Below are positions 13,440-25,202 of a stretch of 64,000 nucleotides of DNA, in pieces. How positions within the stretch are numbered: position 1 is the first letter of the stretch; the number at the start of each line of letters is the position of its first letter. The notes under the pieces were generated by a model. That model was given only the letters and a program-made list of their open reading frames with translations. It searched no databases and had not been told where the DNA came from. The stretch spans positions 267,887-331,886 of the forward strand of contig JAQGDQ010000248.1 of the NCBI GenBank assembly GCA_030141605.1, given 5' to 3'. Made by a program: the position numbers and the translations under genes. This stretch comes from Tubiluchus corallicola (taxonomy: Eukaryota > Animalia > Priapulida).

Positions 13440-13663
13440 AGCGAGTTTTCTTTCTGATAGTAAACCCACAAGTGTGAACTGCTTTGCTAGTTTTTGTCGG
13501 CAAGTTATTGCAAACTCTACGACAGTCGTAGCGAATTGATTTACTCTCTAATATTAAGACATCGGCGAGTTACTCTCTCGACACTTCTGGCAGTGAATAG
13601 AGAATTGAGTGTCAGCTAGCGCTTAATGTCACAACAAGCGTTGCTCTCTAGTCTGAACGCGTC
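13440..13663 (-). mobile_element. PIF/Harbinger-like MITE copy
   Basis: The reverse complement of 13565-13631 matches 22808-22870 (AAGCGC.AGCTGACAC...TTCACTGC.AGAAGTGTC...GTAACTCG). Confidence 0.5.
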
Positions 13664-15547
13664 GTAAGACGAAAAACATGGGATATTTCACACTTTATAT
13701 ATATATATATAACATGTGAAACCCCTGTTTAGTTTAGTGATTCGTCCAGAATTCGTTAACCTCCGCAGAAGTGCGGAAAACTAACATAGCCTTTATCCAT
13801 AAAAATTAATGAAATTATCATTTTGTAGAGGTAGTCCAATTTTTACATAATACTGTGGCTAAATTATTGTCTGCTTTCTGAGTGGTCAAAACAGTGAAGA
13901 AGTATCTTTCATAAATAAATTTTGGTAAAATGGTGTTATTAAATTATTTAACCATTTGCATCATTCAGTCGATTTGGCACTCTAAAGAACGGCGGCCATT
14001 TTTATGTTTAGTATGTTTAGAATTAGTTCCTAAACTAAAGTTGCTTAATGAGTTTTTGAGCTAATAAAAGGAGTGCTTGCTTTTTATGTATTGTGTATAG
14101 TATTGTATTCCTTTCTAAATTTTGTATTACGTCTCTAGAATGCATTCAAATTATTTAAGCTATTTATTCTGTTTTTTACAGTCTCCAGCCAGGAAAACTC
14201 CAACGGGAAAAGCAGTAACTCTAACCCCTAAAAGTGCTGGAATAAAAACCAAATTCAAGAGTTCTTCGCTGGGCCACCAGGCGGCCAAGCATTTGTAGAA
14301 GCCTGTAATGATGTGACGAAGATTTGGCTTCACTGGCGAGTCCGCTGCTACTGCGGTTATTCTGTTCTCGTTCCAGAATTATCCTCCCTTTTATTGCTAA
14401 TAATGTCAAATGTAGGACGAGGCTTTCAACAGCGGCTGATAACATAAACAAAAATTTGGATAAAAATATCAGTAATTGCCATACTGAATGGAGGCTCTGC
14501 TTTTAGTAGGCAGGGATTTTTTGTTGTCAGTAGTTACTATGCGTGATAACCTGCAAACATTTAGTTCAGATTTCAGTGAATTACTAAAAATCAGTACTAA
14601 AGGAAGGCAGAGTCAGTCAAAGTCAAACTATTATTTAGAGTTTGCATGGGAAAGCCTATGATATTTTTTGTCTTATTAATTTTTGTGTCATCATTCATAT
14701 ATGGTACGTCTATAGGTGATTTACTCTGCCACATTATTTAGATCAACCGTAATTAAGTATTTATAAAACCCCAATTTTTTGGCGAGCAATGTTTTATAAT
14801 GAAACGGCGTATTTTTTGTTTTTGAAACTACAAGCTATAAAGTAACGGGGTAGTTTACAATTATTTGTCGCCATCATATATCAAACGAAATGATTTGTAC
14901 ATTTAGTTCTGGGAAAAAATATCTGCAGTTTATTACCACAAAAATCTGTTAGCTTTATAGTTCACGCAGGTTTTCTGTATTGCCAAGTCCATAGTTTTGT
15001 TTTGAAAATACCTTGCCTTAGTATGCAACAAAAATTGTTTCTTCACTTTCTGGTCTAAGTTTGGATGTAGATTTAAGTTTTTTATGTAATGTTATCTGTG
15101 TGTGATGGGAGGATACTGTGATTCATATATATACCATGTATATTTTCTATGTCAACATGTTTTTTATATCCATATGTTATTGATGATTATAATGATATAT
15201 CAGGCAGTACTCGCAGTTTATATTGCAAATGTGCCATACTTAAAGGTATGCCAACTTTTCTAGTTTGTCAGTTCCAGAATGTTTTCCCAACTAAATGTTG
15301 ATGTAACAATGTTGATGTAACAATGGCTTTCTTTCATTGTTTGTTTAGATTTTGCAATTTCGTTTATATGTGAACTAACAGAAAATCATTAATTTAAATG
15401 TATGTGCTGTGTAGTTGACGTGATTTATTTCATATGGTTCAGTACTATGCATAATGATCATAGTTATTGGTGTATTTTGTATGTCTCAGATAACAAGTAC
15501 AAACTGGGTTCTTGATCGCTGGGTGAATTGTAGCCAACATGTTTTAC

Positions 15548-15990
15548 TTAAAGGGGAAAAGAAAAGGGAATTTTCAAGTATTTCCCAAAGAATTTTCCAT
15601 ACAATGTTATATTAGCTAACATTACGCTTAACTGTTTGAAAGACTTGTGTAATTGCAAAAAATTCTTAATAATTTAAAACATTTGCACCATCTGGAAAAA
15701 GGGCACTGCATCGCCGTCCCAGTGTGCACCACTGGCTCACTAAAAACACATTGATCTTACTGACAGTATAAAATAATTTAAACTTTTGTTTAGCGAAAGG
15801 ACAATGTTATCAAAACTTGTTTCAAACCGCTTACCATTAAAATGTTTGCACCTAAAGATCATTGCTGAAGTTTTATACAGCGTTACTGCAAACGCAAGCC
15901 CTGTATGCAATAAAACAGTATGTAAGCGGTATAAAAATTTAAGTTGCATTTTTAAGCTTTATTTATGAATGGTGTTTTCTTGTCATTTAA
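15548..15990 (+). mobile_element. Kolobok-like non-autonomous element, family B (full length)
   Basis: TTAA|AGGGGAAAAGAAAAG...TTTTCTTGTCAT|TTAA, with internal sequence shared with about 7 other copies. Confidence 0.72.
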
Positions 15991-16771
15991 AGTTAACTCA
16001 CTTTCTTTACTATCATATAAGTTTAACTGCACTGTTAGCATACAGGTCAGAAGAAAACACTTTCTTATGCGTTTCTTTTGCTTGTACTTTTCTTTTTGTG
16101 ACCGGTAACGATGAGTAATATTGGAAATTGGAATCACGCTGCGAATTACATGATTTATTTTCGTTACATTTGCCTGGTAATGCTATAATTACTGCCATAT
16201 TTTTTTTTATTCCCAGGACTCCTTTCAAAATGACTTCATATTATTACTGTTTAAAATTCTAAGTAACATTGAAAACATAGCTCGTAGTTAAAAATAGCAT
16301 TCTGGCTATGGCTGCTTAGTAAATGAACTATGATCTAGTATTTCATTAGGTAAGAAGCCTATTCAGTTTTCTTTTGTGATGCTCGGCAGGAACAGTACTA
16401 GGAAGCCAGACAAAAACGTAACTCACATTCCAGCAATAACCATATTTTGGTATCTTTTTACACTGGTTTTTATATGCTTATTTAATGTTGTTTAGTTTCA
16501 TATGCTATATTTAGAATATTATACTAATTGTAGTCAGGTCACACGAGCAGGTTGTATTTGAGTATCAAAATAAAGAAGAATGCTGTAATAAAGAACTTGT
16601 CGGTGTTCCTTTATTCACTTCAATACATTCTTATGCAATCTCGAACTTTTGGTGTAAAATACTTTAGCACACTAAATTCATATGTAAAAATGCGCCTCCC
16701 GACCGGCTCTATTCTGCTTGGAAGCCTTTTTTAGAGCCTAAAGTTGGTACGCATTGCAGTAAATACATATT

Positions 16772-17288
16772 GTTGGCATCCTTCTGTCTCGGAAGACAAT
16801 GTGCGCCAAGAGAGTCAGTTATTGATTACACTGTGGCTGAGCAGTCCGATCCTTGAACGTCTCCAGGGCGCACGCCTGGGCAAAGTGTATGGAGATCCTG
16901 AGTTGCCCAGACACCAGGAACCCCCTCTCGTCCTCCCTAGTGTAGTCCAAAGGAAAGCGGAGCGATACGTTTGGCACCAGGTTGGCTGCAGGAGCTGCCG
17001 GAGTCAGTAAGCATGCTGCACTGGTCCGCCTTCGGGGCTCCACTCCTGATTTGGAAGGTTTACTCCTCTACACGTGGTCGTTGGGTTACTTGATCTCCTC
17101 CGCCCTCTAGCCGTTGGCTGCTTGTGCAGCTCCTCCGCCTAGTGTCGAGATACAGTGTGGACATCCCGCAAGCCTACAGCACCTGGTATTCCTAGGAGGT
17201 CACCCATCCAAGTACTAACCAGGCTCTACGTTGCTTAACTTCGGTGATCAGACGAGAACCGGTGTTTTCAACGTGATTTGGCCGAAGT
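16772..17288 (-). mobile_element. Second copy of the 5S-headed, RTE-tailed SINE
   Basis: The reverse complement aligns end to end with 63276-63820, with two small deletions in the 3' part. The flanks contain a degenerate TSD-like pair, GCAGTAAATACATA and GTAGTGAATACATA. Confidence 0.88.
17170..17288 (-). rRNA. 5S rRNA-derived sequence (SINE head; probably not a functional 5S gene)
   Basis: The reverse complement is a 119-nt 5S-like sequence with box A and box C. It runs directly into the SINE body without TTTT. Confidence 0.5.
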
Positions 17289-18603
17289 TGGTAGTAGTGA
17301 ATACATAGTACGAGAATAATATTATAGAGTTAGTTGAACGTTGCATTATTTAGCACTTGGCGTGATAAACACCAAGGCCTTCTCGTTTCCTTCCTTCTGA
17401 ATTGATGTGATTTTCCACCATTCAAGTACATGTTTAGCTGAACCAGTTATAGATGGTATACTTATACTTCTGCAGTTAACTACACTGACAAGCGCTACAA
17501 CGTGACGTTTCGTCGCCTTGTCTGTCAGTGTGTGTAGAGAGAGAGAGAAAAGGGGGAGGACAAAGAGAAGGGAGTGGGAAGAGGGGAAAGGAGGAAAAAA
17601 ATGAGGCGGAAGAAAAGAAGAGACCGAGAAGGAAAAACTGATAGATAGTAAGATAGACAGACAAAGTTTGGTTAAAGTATTTGAAATGCGAATTTTTCCA
17701 CAAGAGTTCAAAAAATGGATTTCGCAATGTCGATTCCCTTTACAACCGTTACACGTACACTATAATACGCTCACAAATGTCACGCTGATATTTTAATTTC
17801 GAAATTACACTCCGGTCTGCTAGAGAAAATAAGACAAGAAAATTTGATTGATTAACCTGATGCCCTGCTGAGCGCGCGCGCTGCAGTACTCAGTACTCAA
17901 CACATGTAAACTAAAGTTCTTGCAAAAAAACCTACACAGGGCCGTGCTCTTTGAATGTTAATAATTCAATATTCAATCCTATTTACTTCTGTATCAAAAA
18001 GAATACAAATGTAGCACAGCAATTTCGCAACAAACCCAGAAATGACCCCCTCCCAAGGCGTCCTCTACGCATGCAAAGATACCACTACTAGTTTTAAACG
18101 ATATTAATTATAACAATACTGCATGCAGAATATAAAAGTTATTTTTTACGAGCACTGCCAGTTGCCACTGAGACAATGATGGTAAGGTGTGTTAAAATAC
18201 GTTATATTACCAACCTCGTACCTTACTAAAATGCATCCGTCAAATAAAACATCCTATTACGTGTAATTTCCATTTCTTCTTTATTTCATCTTACAGACGC
18301 ACATTTTGTCTTCAGGGACAGACATTAGTTTTCAGAAATAATTCTTCAATGTATAGGAAAAACAGCTAGGGAGGCAAATACCGCCCTGCCAAACACCGTC
18401 ACTAAATTAATATTAAAAGAATTAGACACAATTTTTCTTCATCGTATAGAGTGGCGGAATTTTAGCGATCTAATGAACGGGAAGTGAAATCTGTGTGTTT
18501 TTAATAAAATGCCATGATTGACTAAGTCAGAGACTTTACTTGCGTCTAGAAACATAATAATGTCAGAGTGTCATGATTTTTCTGTACTGTTGTGTAATCT
18601 CGA

Positions 18604-19041
18604 TAAAGGAAAATAGGGCGATTTTTCATGTTCTACCACCATTTTGTAGTAGGGTAAAAAATATACATTTTAATACCTATAATAATGCCAAAGTGTTTCT
18701 GATAATTAAATAATATGATAAAAACTTAATTAATGGCAGCCCTTTGCTTGGCAGCTGAGCCCAATTAATGATGGTATCACAAATGAAAATAATTTTCAAC
18801 AGCAAAAACATTCCAGGGGCGTGTTACACGTTTTGAGAAACGAAAATTGAAATGCAGTGTTACTGTACAACATTCAATGTTGTACACAAGAACTCGATAA
18901 ATTTTAAGCTTAAAATTCAAATTTCAAGTTTACAACTGTGCTCACGTATGAGCTCTCGAATGTGTGTACTGCGTCACGACTGAACACTTTTGAGCTGAGA
19001 GGTACAGCTATAGTTAAAGACTGGGCTCGGTTTTTCTTTGA
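18604..19041 (+). mobile_element. Family A element with internal deletion
   Basis: Both ends are present (AAAGGAAAATAGG...AGACTGGGCTCGGTTTTTTCTTTGA) along with shared internal motifs. Confidence 0.7.
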
Positions 19042-19540
19042 GGAGATAAATACACAGATCTATGCTATACCTTTTTAATTCCAGATTTGACGTCAGACTG
19101 CCATTGTAAAATACGTTAGATGTGATTCAATTTCTCTAACCCACTAGTACAATAAAAAGTTTGACAAATTATATACAGACATGATACAGTATAAGTATAC
19201 AGTGTAATAAATTGCAAAACAGGCATCACATACAATTAGCAATTTCGATACTGCTATCACAATTTTCGTATAAAATTTTCTGCATGATTATTCTGTCCCG
19301 GGTTTTATTATTCACGAAAGCATTTGGTCTATTTCAAAGCATCATATTCGACCATAAAAGAGCAATTTGCAGACGAGCTAAGTGCAAGCAGACGGTAGCC
19401 GTGTCGACATATTCAGAATATTATTGTATTTTAATAGCTGTCAACTTTTGTATTTTCGAGCGTGATGCGAACATTTTATTGTACATTCGTATACTAAAAC
19501 TGTGCCTGGAAATTTCATCGCAATATGAAATAATTCAATC

Positions 19541-20286
19541 GTGTTTGATCCATACGAGGCCAACAATTAATACAGCTATAATTGCTTTGTTCACTACTAT
19601 GCAATTAATACTAGCTATAACTAGTAAATATCTATGCCATGCTTTACTAATATGCATAATCTGCAAACTAATATTCTATAACAGCAATTAGATATAATGC
19701 AGCACTATAATTGTCATAACAGCTTACTAAGTCCTTATTTTAATATGTTGTGATTATTACTGCTACGAAAATACAATTTTAAAAATAGCAACGCTGCATG
19801 TAATAGGTGTATAATCATTATGTAATTGTTGTCAATGTTGTGAAACTGATGATTTTTTTGGCCTATTTAAATTGTCTGTTCGTCAAGTGCTAAAATCTTG
19901 ACTGTGCTATGTCTATTATAATTGTGTAGGGCATTTTCATTTTAGTTTATCGGTTATTTTGCATACACTAACAAAATGCTTCAAGTAATTTGGGTATTGA
20001 TAACAAATACATGTTTCTTTAGTTACTAACACAATTTTTATTAAAAATCTATAATACTCATATTTATTAAACATGTCTCGCAGCAAACTGCTAACAGTGT
20101 CAGTCGATTAACTAAATTAATATTAATGTCCTTCAAATAGGGGTGCCTGCTAGGCGACCTCTTCGTCTTTCGCCACCCCCTTTAATGTACTGTTTATCAT
20201 CTTAAAGAAACATTGTATTATTATATGTGTGACATTAAATGAGACGAATAAAATCTAATCTAATCTAATCTAAGTTAATGTAATCT
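19541..20286 (+). mobile_element. Probable retroelement 3' fragment inserted into a tandem repeat
   Basis: Ends in a GGGGTG...CACCCC stem, AATAAA and an (AATCT)n tail; it splits a ~170-bp repeat unit at AATC. Confidence 0.5.
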
Positions 20287-20287
20287 A

Positions 20288-20760
20288 ATCCAATAGAGTC
20301 CAGGTACTTTCGCATAAGGTTTCTTTCCATCTTGCAATGACCCATTGCGACTACCAGTTTTATTTTTTGTGAGGTGGTGACACAATTTCATTTAGCTCGT
20401 GGACAGAGCTTTGCTAAACTGTGCTGTGGAAATTTCATTGCAAAATGAAATAATTCAATCCAGTTCAGTGTAGATACTTTCGCGTAGGTTTCTTTCCAGC
20501 TGTCAATGACCATTGCAACTACCAGTAGTATTCTTTGTGAGGTGGCGATACAATTTCATTTAGCATGTGGACGGAGCTTTGCTAAACTGTGCCTAGAAAT
20601 TTCATTGCAAAGTGAAATAATTCAATCCAATTGAGTCAATGTAGTAGGTACTTCGCACAGGTTTCTTTCCAGTTCTCAACGACCCACTGCAACTACCAAT
20701 AATATTCTTTGTAAAGACACGATACAATTTCATTTAGCGTATGGGTGGAGCTTTGGTAAA
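20288..20760. repeat. Diverged tandem repeat, about 170-bp unit x ~3 (first unit begins at 19493-19540)
   Basis: TACTTTCGC..GGTTTCTTTCCA...ACAATTTCATTTAGC...GAGCTTTG recurs at about 20305, 20476 and 20649. Confidence 0.85.
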
Positions 20761-20914
20761 TGATATACAGTACGTACTATATCGACAATAAAAAATTATA
20801 TATTTGTCCAAATTTGTTATGCAAAAAGGTTGGCTGTCGGGTACGGTCATTTTTATTTTAAGAGTTCAACGCCATGGAAATCGAATTCGAGCACTCATTG
20901 ACGCAGCCTTTACT

Positions 20915-21590
20915 ATATATATATGTAGTTTATTGACTAAAACAAGTTACATGTATACACGAAGAACGAGGTAAATGCCACAATCGATACGTTAGTGATT
21001 TTAGTCCAGATTGTCACTTTACGTACATTTCCTACTCAAGCTCATAGCAATAAAAACAGTGTTATGCATACAAGTTACATCAGCATAAACGTTCCAAATT
21101 TTCGTAACAATTAGGGTGCTCAAAGAAGTGAGTTAAATCGGCAAAGTTTACATTGTCGTAGCAGTTTCTAATATTAGATGTTAGGGGGCATGTCTGTATA
21201 ACGTGTTTCTCAGTTTGAATGTCCCCACAAGGACATAACCTATTTTCCCCTGGCTGTCTCGCCCATCTACCCGTTTCTATTCGCAGCCTATGTGACTGAA
21301 GACGCATTCTTGTGAAGCTTATCCGATGATGCTCAAATATTGTCGATTCAAAACGAGAAGTTTCGAGACCGGGGTTCAATTCCAAGTAGGTTACACAACG
21401 TGTAGAATTGACCCGATTCCTTATGCGCTGTTCCAACAAAACTCTCTGCCGAGGTATATAGTCTGGCTGGTAACTCGCCTGAAGCTGGTCAAGACATCTA
21501 AGAAGTTTGCTGCCTGCATTCCTTGCTATGGCGACAGTTTTTATTAAAGGTTCATGGCGAAAAGCATTTCTCATAAGTTTTGCCTATGTT
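20915..21590 (-). mobile_element. 5'-truncated non-LTR retrotransposon: ORF2 C-terminus with zinc knuckle and 3'UTR (RTEX-like, tentative)
   Basis: ORF 21080-21574 contains RMRLQSHRLRIETGRW...RLCPCGDIQTEKHVIQTCP. Minus-strand AATAAA at 20929-20934 is followed by a short TA tail. Confidence 0.82.
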
Positions 21591-22761
21591 TTCTGCTGCC
21601 TAGACCGTAGAAGACTACATTGTACAGCTCTTACGGAACCAGGATCTAGATGAGACATTATATGAGACAGCAGTGTCTTAGTGATGTTCGAATGGTGCAC
21701 TTCCTCTCTTAATGAGGCAAATAGCCAGGAGCAGTATGGCAAACAAAACTACACAGTAGCAGTTTTTCGCCTGACAACCACACATCTACTACGTATGTTC
21801 GGTGTTACTTAGGATGTTAGGCAGCCAAGCACGGATCGAGACCACTCCCCTTCCGAAAATTACTACACCGCGACAACTATTGTCAAATGTCTTAAGGAAA
21901 ACAGCAAAAGAAAGCAAAATTCAGCACTGAAATTGTTTGGCTTGACTCCGTTTAAATTTTACTCTCGACCAAATATGTTTTTAGAGATTATGGTAAGAAT
22001 TGTAAGAATAAGAGTTAAAGCTAGTTTAATTCTTCTACATACGAAAGTAAAACAAGAACTTTCGCATTACAGAAACTTGCTAACCGTTTGAAAAAGTACC
22101 ACTGTACGAGACCTCAAATTTCTGCCTGAATTCCAACTTTAACGTGTGCATAATAACGTTTCAAAAGTTCTTACCATATTCCTATATTTGCACAAATTCC
22201 ATATATATATATTACTATATTTGTTACACATCCCAAGTTTTTGTCCTATTGACGTGAGCAGTGAGCTTAGCTGTCATGAAACATCCTAAAGAATAAACGT
22301 AATACGTGAGACGATTAAAGAATAGCCTACTCAATGGTTTGTTAAAGCCTTACGCTGTGGTTAACAAAAACTAATTGGAATTTTATACAGATAAATTGCC
22401 ACCATCGTGCAGCAGTTTTGCTAGACTCTTCCCCGTGTTAGATTCTTATTAGTTTAGAGAAGAAAGTACATATCCCTGAGAGAGAATCGAGTGATATAAA
22501 TTGATACAAAAGTCGGCAATCGCATTTTTCTCCGAGACAAATTCGAACATTAGTCAGCACTTAAGAAAAGACCAAAACTCTATAAAAAAGCAATTACGAA
22601 ACCGGGTAATTAAAGTTGCACACAATTCCTGTAGAAAGGTTTAGAAATGTGGTTAGTATATTTGGGCTAACTAGGTCCTTGTGAGAGAGGTTGAACATTA
22701 AGTACTGCCATATTTACCATTCGATTGGAGTAACCTTCTAGTAATTTTCATCCAAATGCTG

Positions 22762-23028
22762 GCCCTTGTTCAGACTAAAAGCAAAACTTGCTGCGAGTTG
22801 CCCTCGGACAGTAAGCGCGAGCTGACACACACTCCAATTCACTGCGAGAAGTGTCAAAAGTAACTCGTAGAGGCGTTCACACTAGACAGTAACTCGCAGG
22901 AAATTTACTCGCAGCAACTGCCTGAAAGTTTTCTATAGATAGTCCACATCAACTCGCAAAGCAGTTCACACTTGCGTGTGTTCTGTCAGAGAGAAAACGC
23001 ACTAAAGAAAATCTAGTCTCAACGCGCT
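22762..23028 (+). mobile_element. PIF/Harbinger-like MITE
   Basis: Ends GTTCAGACTA / TAGTCTCAAC with internal GTTCACACT repeats; a related copy lies in opposite orientation at about 13440-13663. Confidence 0.5.
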
Positions 23029-24484
23029 GTGTCGTTCTGGGCTGCCCTTAGGAAAAATGCGAAAAAAAATTAGGTATTTTACTAATGGTGTCTGATAAAC
23101 GCCCAATTTATGTGTCCGTAGGAATCGGTCAACATTTTCAACATGAAATCATCATCCCTAAAATGTGCGTTTTTGTCACTTGGGAAACTAGATTACATAA
23201 AAACACATTTCTTTGAATTGCAAAGCAAAAATAGCGATTTGTAAGCCAAAGAATTACAGTAACTTGTGAGAACTTGTTTGGAAAGAAAAGACACTTTTTA
23301 TGACAACTCTAGAGTTATTCTAAAGGACAAGGTTACGAAGAATAAATAAAAAAAGACTCGCATTAAATAAAAGAAAAACACAACGTTTCACTGTCAGTTA
23401 TGTTTAGGTGAAAAAATACTGTAAGACATCTTACAATAACTCGAGCTGGACATTTGTCATTTCGTGAGAATTGAAATGTCTACCTACTTTATCTTGATTT
23501 AGCTAATAGGCCAATGCCTAAACTGCGAAATTTTGCACATTGGTTTCGACAAAAAACTTTCTGAAAACAGGACCAATGTATAAGACAAACGTTGATGAAG
23601 TTTCATTGGTTAAAATTAATATATTCACGAAGAATGAAACTTTTTCGACTATTATCAGACATGTTGCGGATATGCGCCATTTGTCACGTATACGCAGCTT
23701 TTAAAACCATAAATAGATTCTGACAAAACCACTCATGTACAGCAAAAAGCACCTGCCTCTTCTTTCCCTAGACACGAAGACGATTTCAATTAGGGCAACT
23801 CCCAACTGATTTCATGCAGACTGAAGACTGAAGTTAAATTACGGCAAAAATTAATTTGTACAATTTAGATGAACATGCGAAAAAATTACTAATACGCTTA
23901 GTCGCATGATAAAATTTACAATTATATTTAAAATAAAGTTTAAATTTCTACAAAACACGGAAGAGTAATAAGAAAAGTAAGAAGGGAAAGCATAAAAATG
24001 AACAGAAAAAACTAAAAACGCAAAAAAAACTGGTGGAAGATTACGACTAAGTAACGATGACAACTACCACAATAGTGAAAAATTGCAAGAAACTTTACTG
24101 TCTGTGCTGATAACATGATGGTGGCAAAATCGATAAAAACTGTAACAAGACAATGTAATATAAAAACTTAATCACTTAATCCATGAATGACAATTACGAC
24201 TTTTCTTACAGCAGATTGCCTAATAGTAACCCTTCTGATTAAACTTGTTTTTGTTAATTCACAAAACAAGAAAATTCTTATCAATAAATTATAGGTCTGT
24301 CAAACACTTCAGTCTCTATAGGACGTTTTTCTGACGTAGTTTACACATTAGATTAAGTGTGTTTACCGACCTTGAATTAAGAGGCTACTATCCATTAACT
24401 TCCGCAAGTGGTTCTATAAATAAAGAAAAAGTCGTTAAGTAGAACGTAATTCATTAATGTGGATAATTTTGTTAAGCTAAGCTT

Positions 24485-24620
24485 GAAGCCCGTGCGCCTT
24501 TGGTCGTCGCGCACGGCGCATTCTACCTGCGCGGTTTGCTTGAAGCCGCTAGAGGGAGCGACAAGCTACAGTTGGTGACACGCAGGTTCCGGTGAAGCCA
24601 GTAAGAAACAGTGAAACCCT
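24485..24620 (+). promoter_or_regulatory. CpG/GC-rich putative promoter region upstream of the CNG ATG, with a CTCF-like motif
   Basis: Local CpG cluster in an AT-rich background about 600-700 bp upstream of the ATG; CCGCTAGAGGGAGC at 24546-24559. Confidence 0.35.
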
Positions 24621-25202
24621 ATCGCAGTGTTGCAGCTGCTGGTGGCTGCTGCTTTTGTGCACACTTTCTTTGTAATGTGGCTTCCAGAAAACATATTGTC
24701 GCGTATGTGTCACTGACATTTCTTAGTGGTTTCTTCATCCTAGAAATAGCTTCTTTCCTAGAGTAACTACGAGATTTTATTTAGCAAGAGAAAAATTAAA
24801 CGTTCACCTTAAGTGAGAGAACGTAATTTGGTGGCTTTCACTGGCTGGAAATCTGTTTCTAAACGATTTTCTTTTTCCTGCCGCCGTGAAGGAAATTTGA
24901 CATAATTTTTGCGCAACTCTGAAAAAGCTGTTGGTGTGAGAGCTGGATCAATTGTGCGGTTGTTACGTGGGGATCAAATTTAATGCTTTCATGTTGCAAG
25001 TTCGATGTGTTGGATCGGGTTTCAGCTCAACTCTCTCGCGTTGCACAAAATGTGCTTAGTTTTAAAATCGTGCTGAGATTTCCACCAACCGACACGTAAA
25101 TGTCACAACCAGAGAAAGGGTGATGGAACGTGGTTCCCTATTGCACAGAATGTGCTGTCTGGTGTCATTTGTGTGGTGTAGCTGTTAGTAAGGGAGTACT
25201 TC

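Noticed and set aside
19212-19691. 159-aa ORF
   Set aside because: Non-ATG start, no domain, spans a repeat/insertion junction.
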